A DNA stretch of 63,994 nt, counting the filler, from Conidiobolus incongruus B7586 (Eukaryota): the NCBI GenBank assembly GCA_000697335.1. It is 44 parts of 44 records of this genome, joined end to end, with 100 filler letters (N's around TTAATTAATTAA, not from the genome) between each part and the next. Parts side by side here need not be neighbours in the genome. Positions count along the whole stretch, not along the records: positions 42,699 to 44,527 come from JNEM01002414.1; positions 44,628 to 46,436 come from JNEM01002415.1; positions 46,537 to 48,324 come from JNEM01002416.1; positions 48,425 to 50,199 come from JNEM01002417.1; positions 50,300 to 52,017 come from JNEM01002418.1; positions 52,118 to 53,833 come from JNEM01002419.1; positions 53,934 to 55,649 come from JNEM01002420.1; positions 55,750 to 57,442 come from JNEM01002421.1; 36 more parts are not named here. One strand, given 5' to 3'. This document shows, in pieces, positions 43,356-55,789 of this stretch; within the stretch, counting starts at the first letter, position 1, and each line of letters starts with the position of its first letter. The notes under the pieces are model-generated. The model made no database searches. It was given only the letters and a program-made list of their open reading frames with translations, and had not been told where the DNA came from. A program made the translations under genes and the position numbers.

Positions 43356-44220
43356 ATGACACTTGTACGTGATATAGGAAAAGTAATTCACCCAATTTGA
43401 ATGGCTGCATCTTCTTGCGTCTTGTTATTCATTATCATCCTGAGTTGTATTGATTTGAAGCTGGTAAACAGAATGTCCATTCGACTGAATGGCGCTATCT
43501 CCATTGTAGATTTAATGACCCATTTAGGAGCGTATCTCTCCATTGATAAATGGATTGATTAAAGTACCAGCTATTACCAAGAATTAATTGCCTTTAGAAC
43601 ATTTGCTAGAACTTTCTATTGATCTATCAATCTAATTATCAGTTGTCATCTCTATCGTGCCAAAATTCAATCAAAGAAGCCAACTTTTAAATTTGAATTG
43701 ATTACTTGGTTGGGAGTGTTTTTAGGTATTATCCCAATTACGATTGTATTCTATTTTTTGGGTGTTTTTAATGGAGTAAAAAATAGATTAGGATGTAGTC
43801 CATGCTCTCATATCCCGAGTTTCAACACAATATTTCATTCAGTAGTTGGACTTTTATTTCTATTTACATTGATATTATGTGTAGTTATTATATATATATT
43901 GGACACAAAATTAATCAAAATGAATTCAAATTTAGGCAAAACACCAGATTGAAACTGAGATTAGGTTGGAATTTATCAGAAAGAGAAAAAAGCTCACTCA
44001 AAGGTCATTTTTATACTCACTCTCTACTTTGATCACTATGCCATTTGAAGCAGCTTTTGCTTTATTAAAGGGGCTTGGAGTGATTGTGCCTTCTGTATTT
44101 TTGTTTATGACAATTGGAGCAGGTATGTCTGGAATTTTAATTGTAATCTCATTTTCTATTTACTCAGCTATGTGGAAAGCTATTACAATTGTCAATATAA
44201 GAATATTAGGTAGGAGCTAA
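43356..44220 (+). pseudogene. Fungal 7TM GPCR pseudogene (Git3/Gpr1/cAMP-receptor-like); accounts for ORFs 43698-43952 and 43966-44220
   Basis: MTLVRDIGKVIHPI*MAASSCVLLFIIILSCIDLKLVNRMSIRLNGAISIVDL...CHLYR...FELITWLG...GCSP...RSFLYS...GAGMSGIL; seven hydrophobic segments, at least 3 in-frame stops plus frameshifts. Confidence 0.8.
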
Positions 44221-44639
44221 ATTAAATCTCACTATTATAAGTTTAAATATTTATAATTAATAATAACTTTGAATTGAAAAAAGGCAGGTTTTTTGAATTT
44301 ATGACATTAAATATATATTAATGGTTTCAGAAGTAAAATTATATAAAGAATATATCATAAGATATATAATATTCAATAATATATATATATATTGATATAA
44401 AAGGTTTTTTAATTATAAAATTAATTTTTGAAATTATATTATTGAACTTATTTATATTAAAATTAAATAATATTAATTTAATATCTTTTATTTTTATATT
44501 AATAAAATTTTATAATGAATTTTTTAANNNNNNNNNNNNNNNNNNNNNNNNNNNNNNNNNNNNNNNNNNNNTTAATTAATTAANNNNNNNNNNNNNNNNN
44601 NNNNNNNNNNNNNNNNNNNNNNNNNNNACTATATCTTAT

Positions 44640-45210
44640 CATTTTAATTTATAAAATATAGTTTTATAGATTTATTTATAATTATATAATTTAAATCTCT
44701 GGGTTAAGACAAAATAAATAAATTTATAAATCTATATTAAGAAATATTTTATTTATGAATTTGAATTGATTGCTTTGATATAATAAAATTTAATATAATA
44801 TAATATATAAATAGTATTTTTTTTAATATTCAAAGCTTAAAAAGATAAATATATATTATATGTTTTTTTAAGAGTTATTTTCAAATTAAATATTTGATAT
44901 CAATTAAAAAACTTTTTATTTTATAAGTTAATTATAAAATGAATAAAAAAGATATATAAATATTTTAGAAAAGAAATTGACAAAAGTCACCACATCTAGT
45001 ATATCCATTAGATTACCATATATTCCATTATAATTTTTATTGAAAATTAAAAAATAAGTTTATAAAGAATCAAATTTCAAAGTATAAACCTACCAAGAAA
45101 ATTAATTATAAAATTTCAATCTTGAATAAGAAAAGTTGATGATAAATATCATGAATTTAACAAAAATATTACAAAAACATATTTATAATAATAAGGATAT
45201 TAACTATACA
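44640..45210 (+). mobile_element. Old, diverged mariner relic (catalytic half)
   Basis: N*QKSPHLVYPLDYHIFHYNFY*KLKNK (WxKLPHPAYSPDYNPCDYNCFGxLKN) near 44975-45060. Confidence 0.6.
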
Positions 45211-46261
45211 ATATATATATTCTGATATTTTATATTAAGTTTTTTATTTTTATTTATTTTAAATAAATGCTATTATTATATTTCCGATATTATATTTAAC
45301 TATATAATAAAATTAATAATTAAATTTTTTGACATATTATTTGAAATATATAATTTTATTAATGAAAGTTGATTATTTTGTTTAAAAAAGATCAAATTAT
45401 ATTGGTTAATATCAAATAAGATTATCTATTATAATATAACCTATATATTTAAAAATTAGTAGTTTAAAAACAAAATATATTATATTATTTGAAAATTAAG
45501 GATTTAATCAAGTTTTATTATTAGTCATTCAATAATTGCTATTTGGTGATTAATCAATCAAATAAATAACTTTTAGACTTTCATATATTTTTTCCTAATA
45601 AGTTTCCTATGTTTTGATTTTAAACGTAATTATATTTAATCAGAAATAATGTTTGTTATTTGAAAAATTCTTTGTTCTAATAATTCAATGATTAATTACT
45701 TCAAAATAATAAAAATATCTAATAGGTAACAGTGAATAGCAGTTTCATTGAATAGTTATTATATTTTCTGAAATAAGGTCTTTAATATATTATTCCCAAC
45801 ATAATATGAAATTAATTATCAGTTTAATTATATATTATTTTCTTTATTTCATGTATTGGTTTTACTTGCAGATATTATTTTCGAGAATTCAGTTATTATG
45901 ATTAAGTATTTCACTTATTACTTTAACATATAATATTATATAATATTAATTTCAAACCTAAGCAATATATTGACATTTTAATATATTTTTAAAATAATTC
46001 TTAATTGTTTTTTTTCAAGAGAATATATTTGTCTTTAAATTATAAAAAGACTATGATTGTGTTTTTATATTTATAAGTTTATAGTAATATTTTACCAATT
46101 ATCAATTTGATACAAAACTTATTATAATTAATTTATCATAAATATTTATTGATTTAATAATCAATATTTTCTATTTTAAACTTAGTTTGCATATTTTCAT
46201 TATCAGATTAAATAGATTATTTTAGTCTTTTTCTTAATATTTTATAAAAATATTATCATAA

Positions 46262-46436
46262 AATTATAAAATTGGGAAATTTTTTAATATTTGATTTTTC
46301 AAACAAATCACTAGTTTTATTTAAAAAAATATACAAATTAAATAAAAGAATAAATAATTTTGAATTATATATATATATATATAATAGTTTTTTTGATTAT
46401 AAAATTAATTTTTTAAAATTAATTGATAAATTTAAT
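46262..46436 (+). mobile_element. Mariner left end and 5' UTR
   Basis: TGGGAAATTTTTTAAT... matches 48430-48590. Confidence 0.75.
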
Positions 46437-46652
46437 NNNNNNNNNNNNNNNNNNNNNNNNNNNNNNNNNNNNNNNNNNNNTTAATTAATTAANNNNNNNN
46501 NNNNNNNNNNNNNNNNNNNNNNNNNNNNNNNNNNNNATAATATCATATTAAAATATAATATTGATATTTATTTAATTAGATTATAAAAATATTAATTAAT
46601 ATATTTAATAAAGATTAGCTTAAATATTAATATAGAAATTAAATAATAATAT

Positions 46653-47232
46653 TATTGTAATCCAAAATATTATATTAGTAATCTTTTAAGGTATTATTAA
46701 TTAAGCCAACTAGATTGCTTTTCTTAAGTTACAAACAATTGATTTTGCATTAATAATTTACACTCTGTTGTTAATTATCAATAACACCTTACTTTTAATA
46801 AGACAAATAAGACTTGGTAAAAACTTAGCTACCATTATAATCAATATCAATAATATTATAAATTGCCCTTTTATCCAAAGGAATATCAAGGAGCAAAATA
46901 TCTGATATAATAACCAAATAAACAATTTGTTAAATAACAAATTAAGATTAATTGAACAATGCAAAGCTGGCTTTTATTATCTTCACTTAAGTTAAAAAAA
47001 GAGATAAATATTGCTTTGTTTGGAAATCTATCCCTTTATGTATTACCTTAGATTATACTTTATATAATAATATTGACTAAGAAACTATTTAGGTTTACCA
47101 TTAGACTAAACCTGTAATTTATTTATAAAATATTAATACTTACTTATATAGTATATCTTGTTAATAAAATAAATAAACACTATAATGTGTTACCTAAGCT
47201 GAATAAAAAAACATTACTTAGAGGGTTCAACA
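46653..47232. repeat. Probable solo LTR (580 bp, TATTG(=TGTTG)...CAACA, TSD AATAT) inserted just past a mariner stop codon
   Basis: AATAT at 46648-46652 and 47233-47237; 5-bp terminal inverted repeat; removing it restores mariner 3' sequence. Confidence 0.5.
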
Positions 47233-47237
47233 AATAT

Positions 47238-48324
47238 AAAATAAATAGCCTCTTTTATTATTAATAACTCTTTTCTATATTTTTAATAAGTTTTTAATAT
47301 TTAAAAAAATATTTTTTTTATTAAAGATTGAAATTTGATATATTATAAATTAATTTAATTGATTTGAAAAAAAAATTTTTCCTATAAGTTATTTTTTTAA
47401 TTATCTAAAACAATTATAATTATATAGGTTATAATTAGGTAAATATATTAGATATGATAAATCTTTTTAGTTTTTTATATAGAGAATCTTTTATAATTTT
47501 AATATTATATATTTTACAATTATTATGCAAAATAATAGATATTTTTAACTTATATTAAAAACATTATTTAAAAATATTTTATTTAAGAAAATAATAGATA
47601 ATTTATTATTAATTAATTTTCCTTAAGATATTAAATAAGAAAATTGTATATTATTATAATTTATCATAATAATTAATATTTACTTATATTTAAAATATTA
47701 ATTTATTAGAATATATAAAAGGGATTAATTTAACTTAACTTAACATCTTGTTTTATTTTTAAGTAAAAGATTATATAAAGAAATTTTAGATTGATTAATT
47801 ATAAATATTTGCTATAAAAACCTTAATTTTTAGTTATATCTTAATAAATTTAATTTAACTATAGGTATTCTAGTTTTATTAAGTTTTTATTAAATTATAA
47901 AATATTTATTCTATATTTTTATTAATTAAATTAAGTTTAAACTTAAGTATATATAATATGCTTATATATTTAATATTAAATTTCTTTAATAGTTCTATAA
48001 TAAAAATAAAAAATATTTCTTAATATATTTTTTTATTTTGTTTAAAAGAAAAAATAATAATAGAAATTAATTTTTTAAATTTTAACAAATTTTAAATAAT
48101 GTCCCTTTTAATATTAAAATTATAAATCTAGTAATATATGGTAGTTTTAGATAAAACATCATCTCTATAAGTTATTTGCAAGGTTTAAATAATTTTAGAG
48201 GGTTTATAGTTAAGTTTTAAAAATATAAAAATAAAAGCCTTTTGATAATTACTATCTAGTTTAAGCATAATTAAATTTTAGTATAAATTTTAAAATCACA
48301 ATATTTTGATAAAATAAATAATTA
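47238..48324 (-). mobile_element. Mariner relic, whole transposase region
   Basis: ATG near 48268 (MLKL...); IILHNN near 47520-47535; collinear with the other copies. Confidence 0.88.
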
Positions 48325-48424
48325 NNNNNNNNNNNNNNNNNNNNNNNNNNNNNNNNNNNNNNNNNNNNTTAATTAATTAANNNNNNNNNNNNNNNNNNNN
48401 NNNNNNNNNNNNNNNNNNNNNNNN

Positions 48425-49200
48425 GAATTGAAATAATGGGAAATTTTTTAATTTTTGATTTTTAAATATATTATTAGTTTTAAATAAAAAAATATATACA
48501 AAACAAATAGAAAAATAAATAGTTCTGTATTATATATATATAATCATTATTTTGATTAAAAAATTTATTTTTTAAAATTGATTGTTTAATTTAATTATGC
48601 TTAAAGTAAATAATAACTATCAAAAGTTTTTTTTTTAGTATTAATAAAACTTAACCACAAATCCCCTAAAATCATTTAAAATTTACAAACAGCTTTTGGT
48701 AATAAAATATTATATAAATGAATAATTTATCACTAGGTAAATTAATTTAAGGCTAGGAAAAAAACTACCCAAAACCTATTAAAATTTAAAAGACTAATTT
48801 CAACTATCACTCTTTTAATTATTAATAAAATGAAAAATTATATTGAAAAGCATCTTTTTATTTCAGTTAAAAAATTATCATAATACTTTAATATTAATCA
48901 TATAAGTGTTTTATATATATTGAAGTTTAAATTAAAATTAATTAATAAAAATACAAAATGGGTACCTTATAATTTAACTAAAGCTTAAAAAAAACTAAAA
49001 TAGCTATTATTTAAAAAACTTAATAAGATATAGCTAGAAACCAAGGCTTTTACAATAAATTATTATAATTAATGAATTTTAGATTCCTTTGTATAATTTT
49101 TTATTAAAACATAAATCAAGGTGTTAGATTAAGCTAAATCAACCTACTCCATAAACTCTTTTAAATAAACACCTTATCAATAAATAAATAGTTGTTACTA
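48425..49200 (+). mobile_element. Mariner relic, 5' half
   Basis: ATG near 48597; KNTKWVPYNL (WVPHEL motif, 48959); IIIINEF*IPLYN; truncated near 49200. Confidence 0.92.
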
Positions 49201-50344
49201 AAAAATAATCAAATTCATAATATAGTTAAAATATTGAAATTTCTATATGGATGATAATATTTCAATATTATCATCATTTATCAGATTAACTTATTATTTG
49301 AAAAATTTTAATTGTAATTTAGCTTCTATACTATAAATATATCTATTATTGTCAAGCCAATTTTAACTATACATTCTATTAATATAATAACTATCAAAAT
49401 ATTATATTTTAAAATGATCTAGTTGTTAAGTTTCAAGTGGAATTTAATCTTTATGGTTAATCTTAAAATGGTAAACTTTTTATTAATAAAAAATATAAGT
49501 ACATAAAATTAAAAAATTGGCGTAATGAGTATAGCCGAGATTATAAAATATTTTAATTCAAAAATAATGCTATTATTATTTTTAACTTCGGGTAATTGTC
49601 ATTAAAATGAAAATACTAATAACTATACTTCGTCGGATAAATTATGGCAATATGAAAATATAATTATACAGTGAATATTTTTAATTTTTTTTGAAAATGA
49701 AAAAATTAAAAATAGAAATATATATTAAAATAATAAATAGAGAAATTTTTAAATGAATGAATATTAATTGAATGGACTTTGGTTAAGTGATTATTTATTA
49801 AAATAATCAATTGAATATTAATTAAAATTGACACTTATATTTGCTATTTTTGAAAAATCGGCTTTATAAATAATTAATGGAAAATAACCACTCAATCATA
49901 TTCAAGAACATATTTTTATATTTAAAAATATTTTTTTTACTAATATTCATATATAATCAAGTTCAATATAATAAATTCTTTAATATTGTATAAAGTTTAA
50001 CTTTCTAACTATTAAAAATGAGTTTAAATATTAATTATAATTTTAATAATAAGACAACAAAGATTAAAAATTTTTATTTTAAACCCTAAATAATAATTTT
50101 ACCAAAATTATTTACCATTAAATTTTATAAAAATATTAAGAAATATAATAATAATCTTATAAACATTATATTATATAATAATTTATTGATATATATATAN
50201 NNNNNNNNNNNNNNNNNNNNNNNNNNNNNNNNNNNNNNNNNNNTTAATTAATTAANNNNNNNNNNNNNNNNNNNNNNNNNNNNNNNNNNNNNNNNNNNNA
50301 ATAACTTTATTATCTTTATACTCTTTAAATTCAAAAATATTATT

Positions 50345-52017
50345 TTATATTTTTAATAATTGGAATTTTTTGCAATTCAAAACAAATGAATATTTTATTT
50401 TATAATATATAAAAATAAATTTATATTATAAATTAATAGTTTCCTTTTTTATTAATAACTTTTTGCTATATTTTTGGTAAAGACCTAATATCTTAAAAAT
50501 AATTCTTTTTATTAAAGAGTGAAATTTGATATTTTATAAACTAATTAAATTTTTTTTGTAGAAATTTTCTTTCCTGCAAGTTTGTTTTTTAATTACCTAA
50601 AGCAATTATAACTATATGGGTTATAATCTGGGGAGTATACTAGATATAGTAGTTTTTTCCAGTTATTTTTAATTAGAAAATTTTTTATAGCTTTAGATTT
50701 ATATATTTTGTAATTATTATGCAAAATAATAGGGCTTCTCAAATTACATTGAAACATTAATTAGAAATACTTTTATTTAAAAAAATAATATAAAGTTTAC
50801 TATTAATTGATTTATCTTTAGGAAATATATAAAAATAGCATATAACATTATAATCCATTGCAATAATTAACCTTCACTTATTAACAAAATGTTTATTTAA
50901 AGGGATTTATAGATGGGGTTGATTTAGCTTAATCCAGCATCTTGATTTGTATTTTGGTAAAGGATTATATATAAAGATCTAAGATTCACTAATTATAATT
51001 ATTTATTATAAAAGTCTAGACTTGTAATAATATTTTAGTAGGTATTATTTAATAATAACTGTCAAGTTATTGGCTAAAAATGGAGTTAATCAGCTATTTT
51101 ACTATTTTACTATTTTATCATTTTATTATTTAGGATTTATTTATTTTAATCTTATCTGAGGAATCATGGGAATTTGACATTTGTATAAAAAAATGATTCT
51201 TATTGCTCTAGAAAATAGATTGATTTTGGTTCTTTTTAGAAATAAAAAATAAAAAGGTATACTTTGTTACTAATTTATGTAAGTATTTTGTTTTGTTAAT
51301 TTATTCTGAAATTAATAAAATCTAACTTTATTATAATTGTAAATTATGGAAAAGCAGGGTAACTTAGAGATCAAGAATAAGCATAATCCCCTCTAACCAG
51401 GACATGACTTAAAAAGTCAACAATAACTATTCTAGCTTTTTTCTGAGCATTAGTTAAATTATAAGATACCTATTTTGTATTTTTATTTATTAATTAGAGT
51501 TTAAACTTTGATATATATAAAATACTTATAAGATGAATATTAAAGTGCTTAGATAATTCTCTAGTTAAAATAAAAAAGTACCTTTTAATATATTTTTTCA
51601 CTTTATTAATAGTTAAAAAAGTGATAGTTAAAGTTAGTTTACCAGATTTTAATAGGTTTTGGATTGTTTCTCTCCTAGCCATAAAGTGATTTACCAAGTA
51701 ATAAATTATTAATTTAAATAATATTTTATTATCAAAAGCTGCTTATAAGTTTTAAATAATTTTAGGTGTCTTATAGTTAAGATTTATTATTATTAAAATA
51801 AAAGACTTTTGATAATCATTATTTGGTTAAAACATAATTAAATTAAATAACTAATTTTAAAAAATTAATTTGTTAATCAAAAAAAATATTTAAATATACA
51901 TTGATCTATATATATATTAAATATATATAATTTTCTATTAACTTTCTATATATTTATTCAATTCATACTAATAATATATTTGATAAATTGGAAATTAAAA
52001 AATTTCCCATTATTTTA
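50345..52017 (-). mobile_element. Nearly full-length mariner (transposase 51835->50433, about 345 codons once the LTR insertion is removed)
   Basis: IILHNN...34 residues...YSPDYNPYSY (DD34D spacing); GNY* end; AATAATKGGAAWTTTTT terminal-repeat remnants at both ends. ORF 51494-51697 is its HTH/GRP region. Confidence 0.93.
51060..51422. repeat. Solo LTR (363 bp, TG...CA) with 5-bp TSD ATAAC inside the mariner transposase
   Basis: ATAAC at 51055-51059 and 51423-51427; the uninterrupted site is visible in other mariner copies (e.g. ATAATAGCTACTCTAGC at 25608). Confidence 0.9.
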
Positions 52018-52117
52018 NNNNNNNNNNNNNNNNNNNNNNNNNNNNNNNNNNNNNNNNNNNNTTAATTAATTAANNNNNNNNNNNNNNNNNNNNNNNNNNN
52101 NNNNNNNNNNNNNNNNN

Positions 52118-52333
52118 AAGAGAATATAATATATATTTGAGTTTAAATATATACTAAATAATAAAAATACAAAATAGATAAAATATAATTTAAATAAAAT
52201 ATAAAAAAACTAAAGTAATATTAATTTAATAAAACCAACTAATTTGTAATAAGATATATAATTTTATATTAAATAGTTAATATTGAAAAAATTTTATTTT
52301 TATTTATATAACATTATACTCAAAAAGAAAATA
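52118..52333 (+). mobile_element. Old mariner fragment interrupted by a Tc1-like element
   Basis: ATAAAAATACAAAATAGATA... matches the KNTKWVP region (48940-49110). Confidence 0.65.
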
Positions 52334-52335
52334 TA

Positions 52336-53833
52336 TATAAACTTGCAAAAATAAGTCATAAAAATACAATTACTTAAATATTTAGCTATATCTTGAATAA
52401 TTCTTAATTAAATAAATTTATATTAAAATATATAATTTATCTATTTTAATTGATTATAACTAACTATATTTGATTATATTTCATTAGCTATTGGTTAATA
52501 TATCAAAATCTCAAATTTAACCAAGGTAAGTTATAAATTTGTGGGTTTATAAGTTAAGAGGGTATAAATAACAATATTTATATATATTTTCTTTTTTTGT
52601 TTTATTATATATATTATAAAAGTATTAAGCTAATATTATAAAATTAATATTATAATACTTAAATCTCTCTCTAAAAAAGTTCACTTATATATTAATCAAC
52701 CTTATAATGAAAATAAATCAACTTATGAGATTGCTAGAATTATTATTATTAGCTAATTTATTATAGCTAGGGTTATTAAGGATAATGCTAAAGAAACACC
52801 TAAACTAAAATTTAAATGTATTAAGATTATGGATAAGTATGATGAAAAGTATATTTATAGATTAGTTAGTATAGGTAAATATAATATTATTATAAAAATA
52901 TAATAAGAATTATAAGAATATACAAGAATATTAGTTAGTACTGATAGTATTATATATATTTTATATTAGAATAAATATCACTTATACTTCAAAAAAAACA
53001 TTACCAATTAAAGAAATCCTACTGTAAAGCTAGGTAAGAGTTTAAATATCAATATTAAAGTTAAACTAAAACCAACTAAAGTAAGGTTATTTAGTCTAAT
53101 GAAACAAAGATATCTCTTAATAAATCTAATAAGAAAGCTAGATATTTCAAAAAAGATAAAATACTACTTTATAATCATAATGTTATTATAACCTAAAAAT
53201 ATAATAATAGGTTAATTATAATTTAGGAATATATGTTATCTTCAGGTATAAGGTATTTTTATAAGGTTGATAAGGGAATTAATGCTGAGATATACTAAAG
53301 TATTTTAAATAATAAATTAAAAAATATTTTAAAATAGTATAGATTAAAGAAATCAAATATTATTTTCCAACAAGATAATATACCTTGTTATACTATAGAT
53401 TCTATTATTAAATAGCTTAAAAATAACAAAATAACTTTTATGAAATAATCTCTTTAATCTCTTAATCTTAATCTAATTGAATATCTTTGGGATCAACTAA
53501 AAAAATTAATTAAAGCTTTCCCCCTAGCAAAAAATTTAGATCAATTTTAGAAATATATTTAAGAAGCTTAGAATAATATTACTCTTACTTAATATAATAA
53601 GCTAGTTGACTCTATACCCTATAAACTTAAAAAAGTTAGAAAAGCAAAAGGTAGATATATTATATATTAATTTTTCTATCAATACTAAAACCCACAAATT
53701 TATAACTCATCTTAAATATACTTTTAGTTTTAATATATCAATTAATAATTAATTATATTTAACTCTATATATTATATTATAAATAAAAAATACATATTAA
53801 TTACATAATATAATATAACTTTATTTAAACTAG
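52336..53833 (+). mobile_element. Nearly full-length Tc1-like element; transposase pseudogene 52655-53670
   Basis: I*SNETK (WSDETK) near 53090; FQQDN with D at 53374 and IE with E at 53479 (D34E); LWDQLK; KAKGRY; complete left terminal repeat. Confidence 0.95.
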
Positions 53834-54251
53834 NNNNNNNNNNNNNNNNNNNNNNNNNNNNNNNNNNNNNNNNNNNNTTAATTAATTAANNNNNNNNNNN
53901 NNNNNNNNNNNNNNNNNNNNNNNNNNNNNNNNNATATATTAATTGAATTTTATTTTGTATTTTTTTAGTTATATTAAAAATATATTAATAAAAATTAATA
54001 AATTAGTAATTTTTATTATTAAAAATAAATTATAAATATTATATACATTTTAAAAATTATGATTAATAATTTTTATTTTTATATTTTTATTAAATCCAGG
54101 TTTTTCAACTTTATTTAATTGAATTAAGTTTGAAATTATATGTAGTTGATTTTAAACTAGTTTAAAAGATATTATAACATTATTAAAAAATATTTTTGAG
54201 TATTTATTATTATTAAATAAATAAAATAATGATTATAGAAAATTATATATC

Positions 54252-54452
54252 TGTCACAGATTCATAACCATTCTCAGAATTCCCATAAATCATAACGCGA
54301 ATCATTCTCCTATAAATAGTTAGACAATATAACCTTCTACAGGTGGTGGACTCTAGTGTAGTCAGTCTGTTGATCAACCTTTCTTGGTTCAGCTTCCTTT
54401 GCACCCTGACTCTGCTCTATTAGTCCAATAAATCTAGTAAGTATCCAGTACA
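54252..54452 (+). repeat. Solo LTR (201 bp, TG...CA) with 5-bp TSD ATATC, TATA box and polyA signal
   Basis: TGTCAC...AGTACA; ATATC at 54247-54251 and 54453-54457; TATAAATAG at 54311; AATAAA at 54427; much more GC-rich than its flanks. Confidence 0.9.
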
Positions 54453-55789
54453 ATATCTTAAATTAATTATTATTGTTTTTTAATAAATATTTAATATTTT
54501 ATAATTATAATTATATATTATGTATAGAAAAATTATATTAATTGATATTATATCAATTTTTTGAAATTATTTTTTCATTTTGGTATCAACTTAAGTGAAT
54601 TCATATATCAATATTTTTAAGGTCTTTTATAGTATCTTTTTCAATATTAAAATCAAAATACCTTGCCTTTTGTTAATTACCTCTTAGCTTTGCTAATATT
54701 TTCTGAATTTTGGCAAATTTTGGTTGATCTCATTTTTAGCTATAAAATTAATAATTTAATAGGATTAGGTAATTTTGAATATAGGATTAATTACAACAGT
54801 TGGTTGTAAATTCTGATGGATTATAAAATGATAATAATGAAGTATTGATGATATTTAAATTATATTAATGACTTTTATTTGGTATAAATATAATCAAACT
54901 TTATATGAAAATATAAATATTAATAGTTTAAATATTTAAATATAATATTATATAATATTCCATTAGTAAAAAATTTAATATCATTAAAGAACTATAGTAA
55001 TAAAAGGTTATTTAAAAATCAATATTAAAAGATATAATATAAAGTTTATCAAAACTAATTATATAAAATTAATTTCTAGATTATAAATATAGATTATATT
55101 TATATAAAAATTCTATTATTAGAAAATTTATTATTAATTAAAGATTTAATATACAAATAAATTATTAGAGATTAAAATTTTTAAATAATATAATAGATAT
55201 AATTGATATAAATTCAATTATCTAGTTTGATTATGAATTTTTTATTTTTTGAAATTTTCCTTAATAATATATTATATAATAAAAAATTTTTTTATTTTTT
55301 TTTAATTTTATAAAATAATATTAAATAATTAAAATAATTATTAAAAAATATCAGTTATAGAATAATTTGGAATTTTTTACTTTTGGAACCAATATATTTC
55401 ATATGTTTTTAAATTAAAAAGGTTGGTTGAATATTATTTAATAATAATATATTTTTATTATATTTTTGTAAATTTAAAAAAATATTGACCGATTTAAAAA
55501 AGAGCTTAATCTCATATTTAGTAATATTGATATTTAAATCATATATATAACATCATATTTAATTTTATATATAAGGTATTAAAATTAATAGAATATGTCT
55601 TATATTATTTAAACAATAATACCAATCTATATATATATATATATATATANNNNNNNNNNNNNNNNNNNNNNNNNNNNNNNNNNNNNNNNNNNNTTAATTA
55701 ATTAANNNNNNNNNNNNNNNNNNNNNNNNNNNNNNNNNNNNNNNNNNNNAAATATTTCTATTAATATCTTGATCAATTCTAATTTAAAT

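Noticed and set aside
43802..44032. ORF-track 76-aa ORF as a separate gene
   Set aside because: An alternative frame overlapping the frameshifted GPCR pseudogene.
46272..46484. ORF-track 70-aa ORF
   Set aside because: Lies in the mariner left end/UTR and runs into Ns.
46680..47230. ORF 46758-46964 (-) and a long stop-interrupted plus-strand frame
   Set aside because: No recognisable domain; the region is better explained as a solo LTR.
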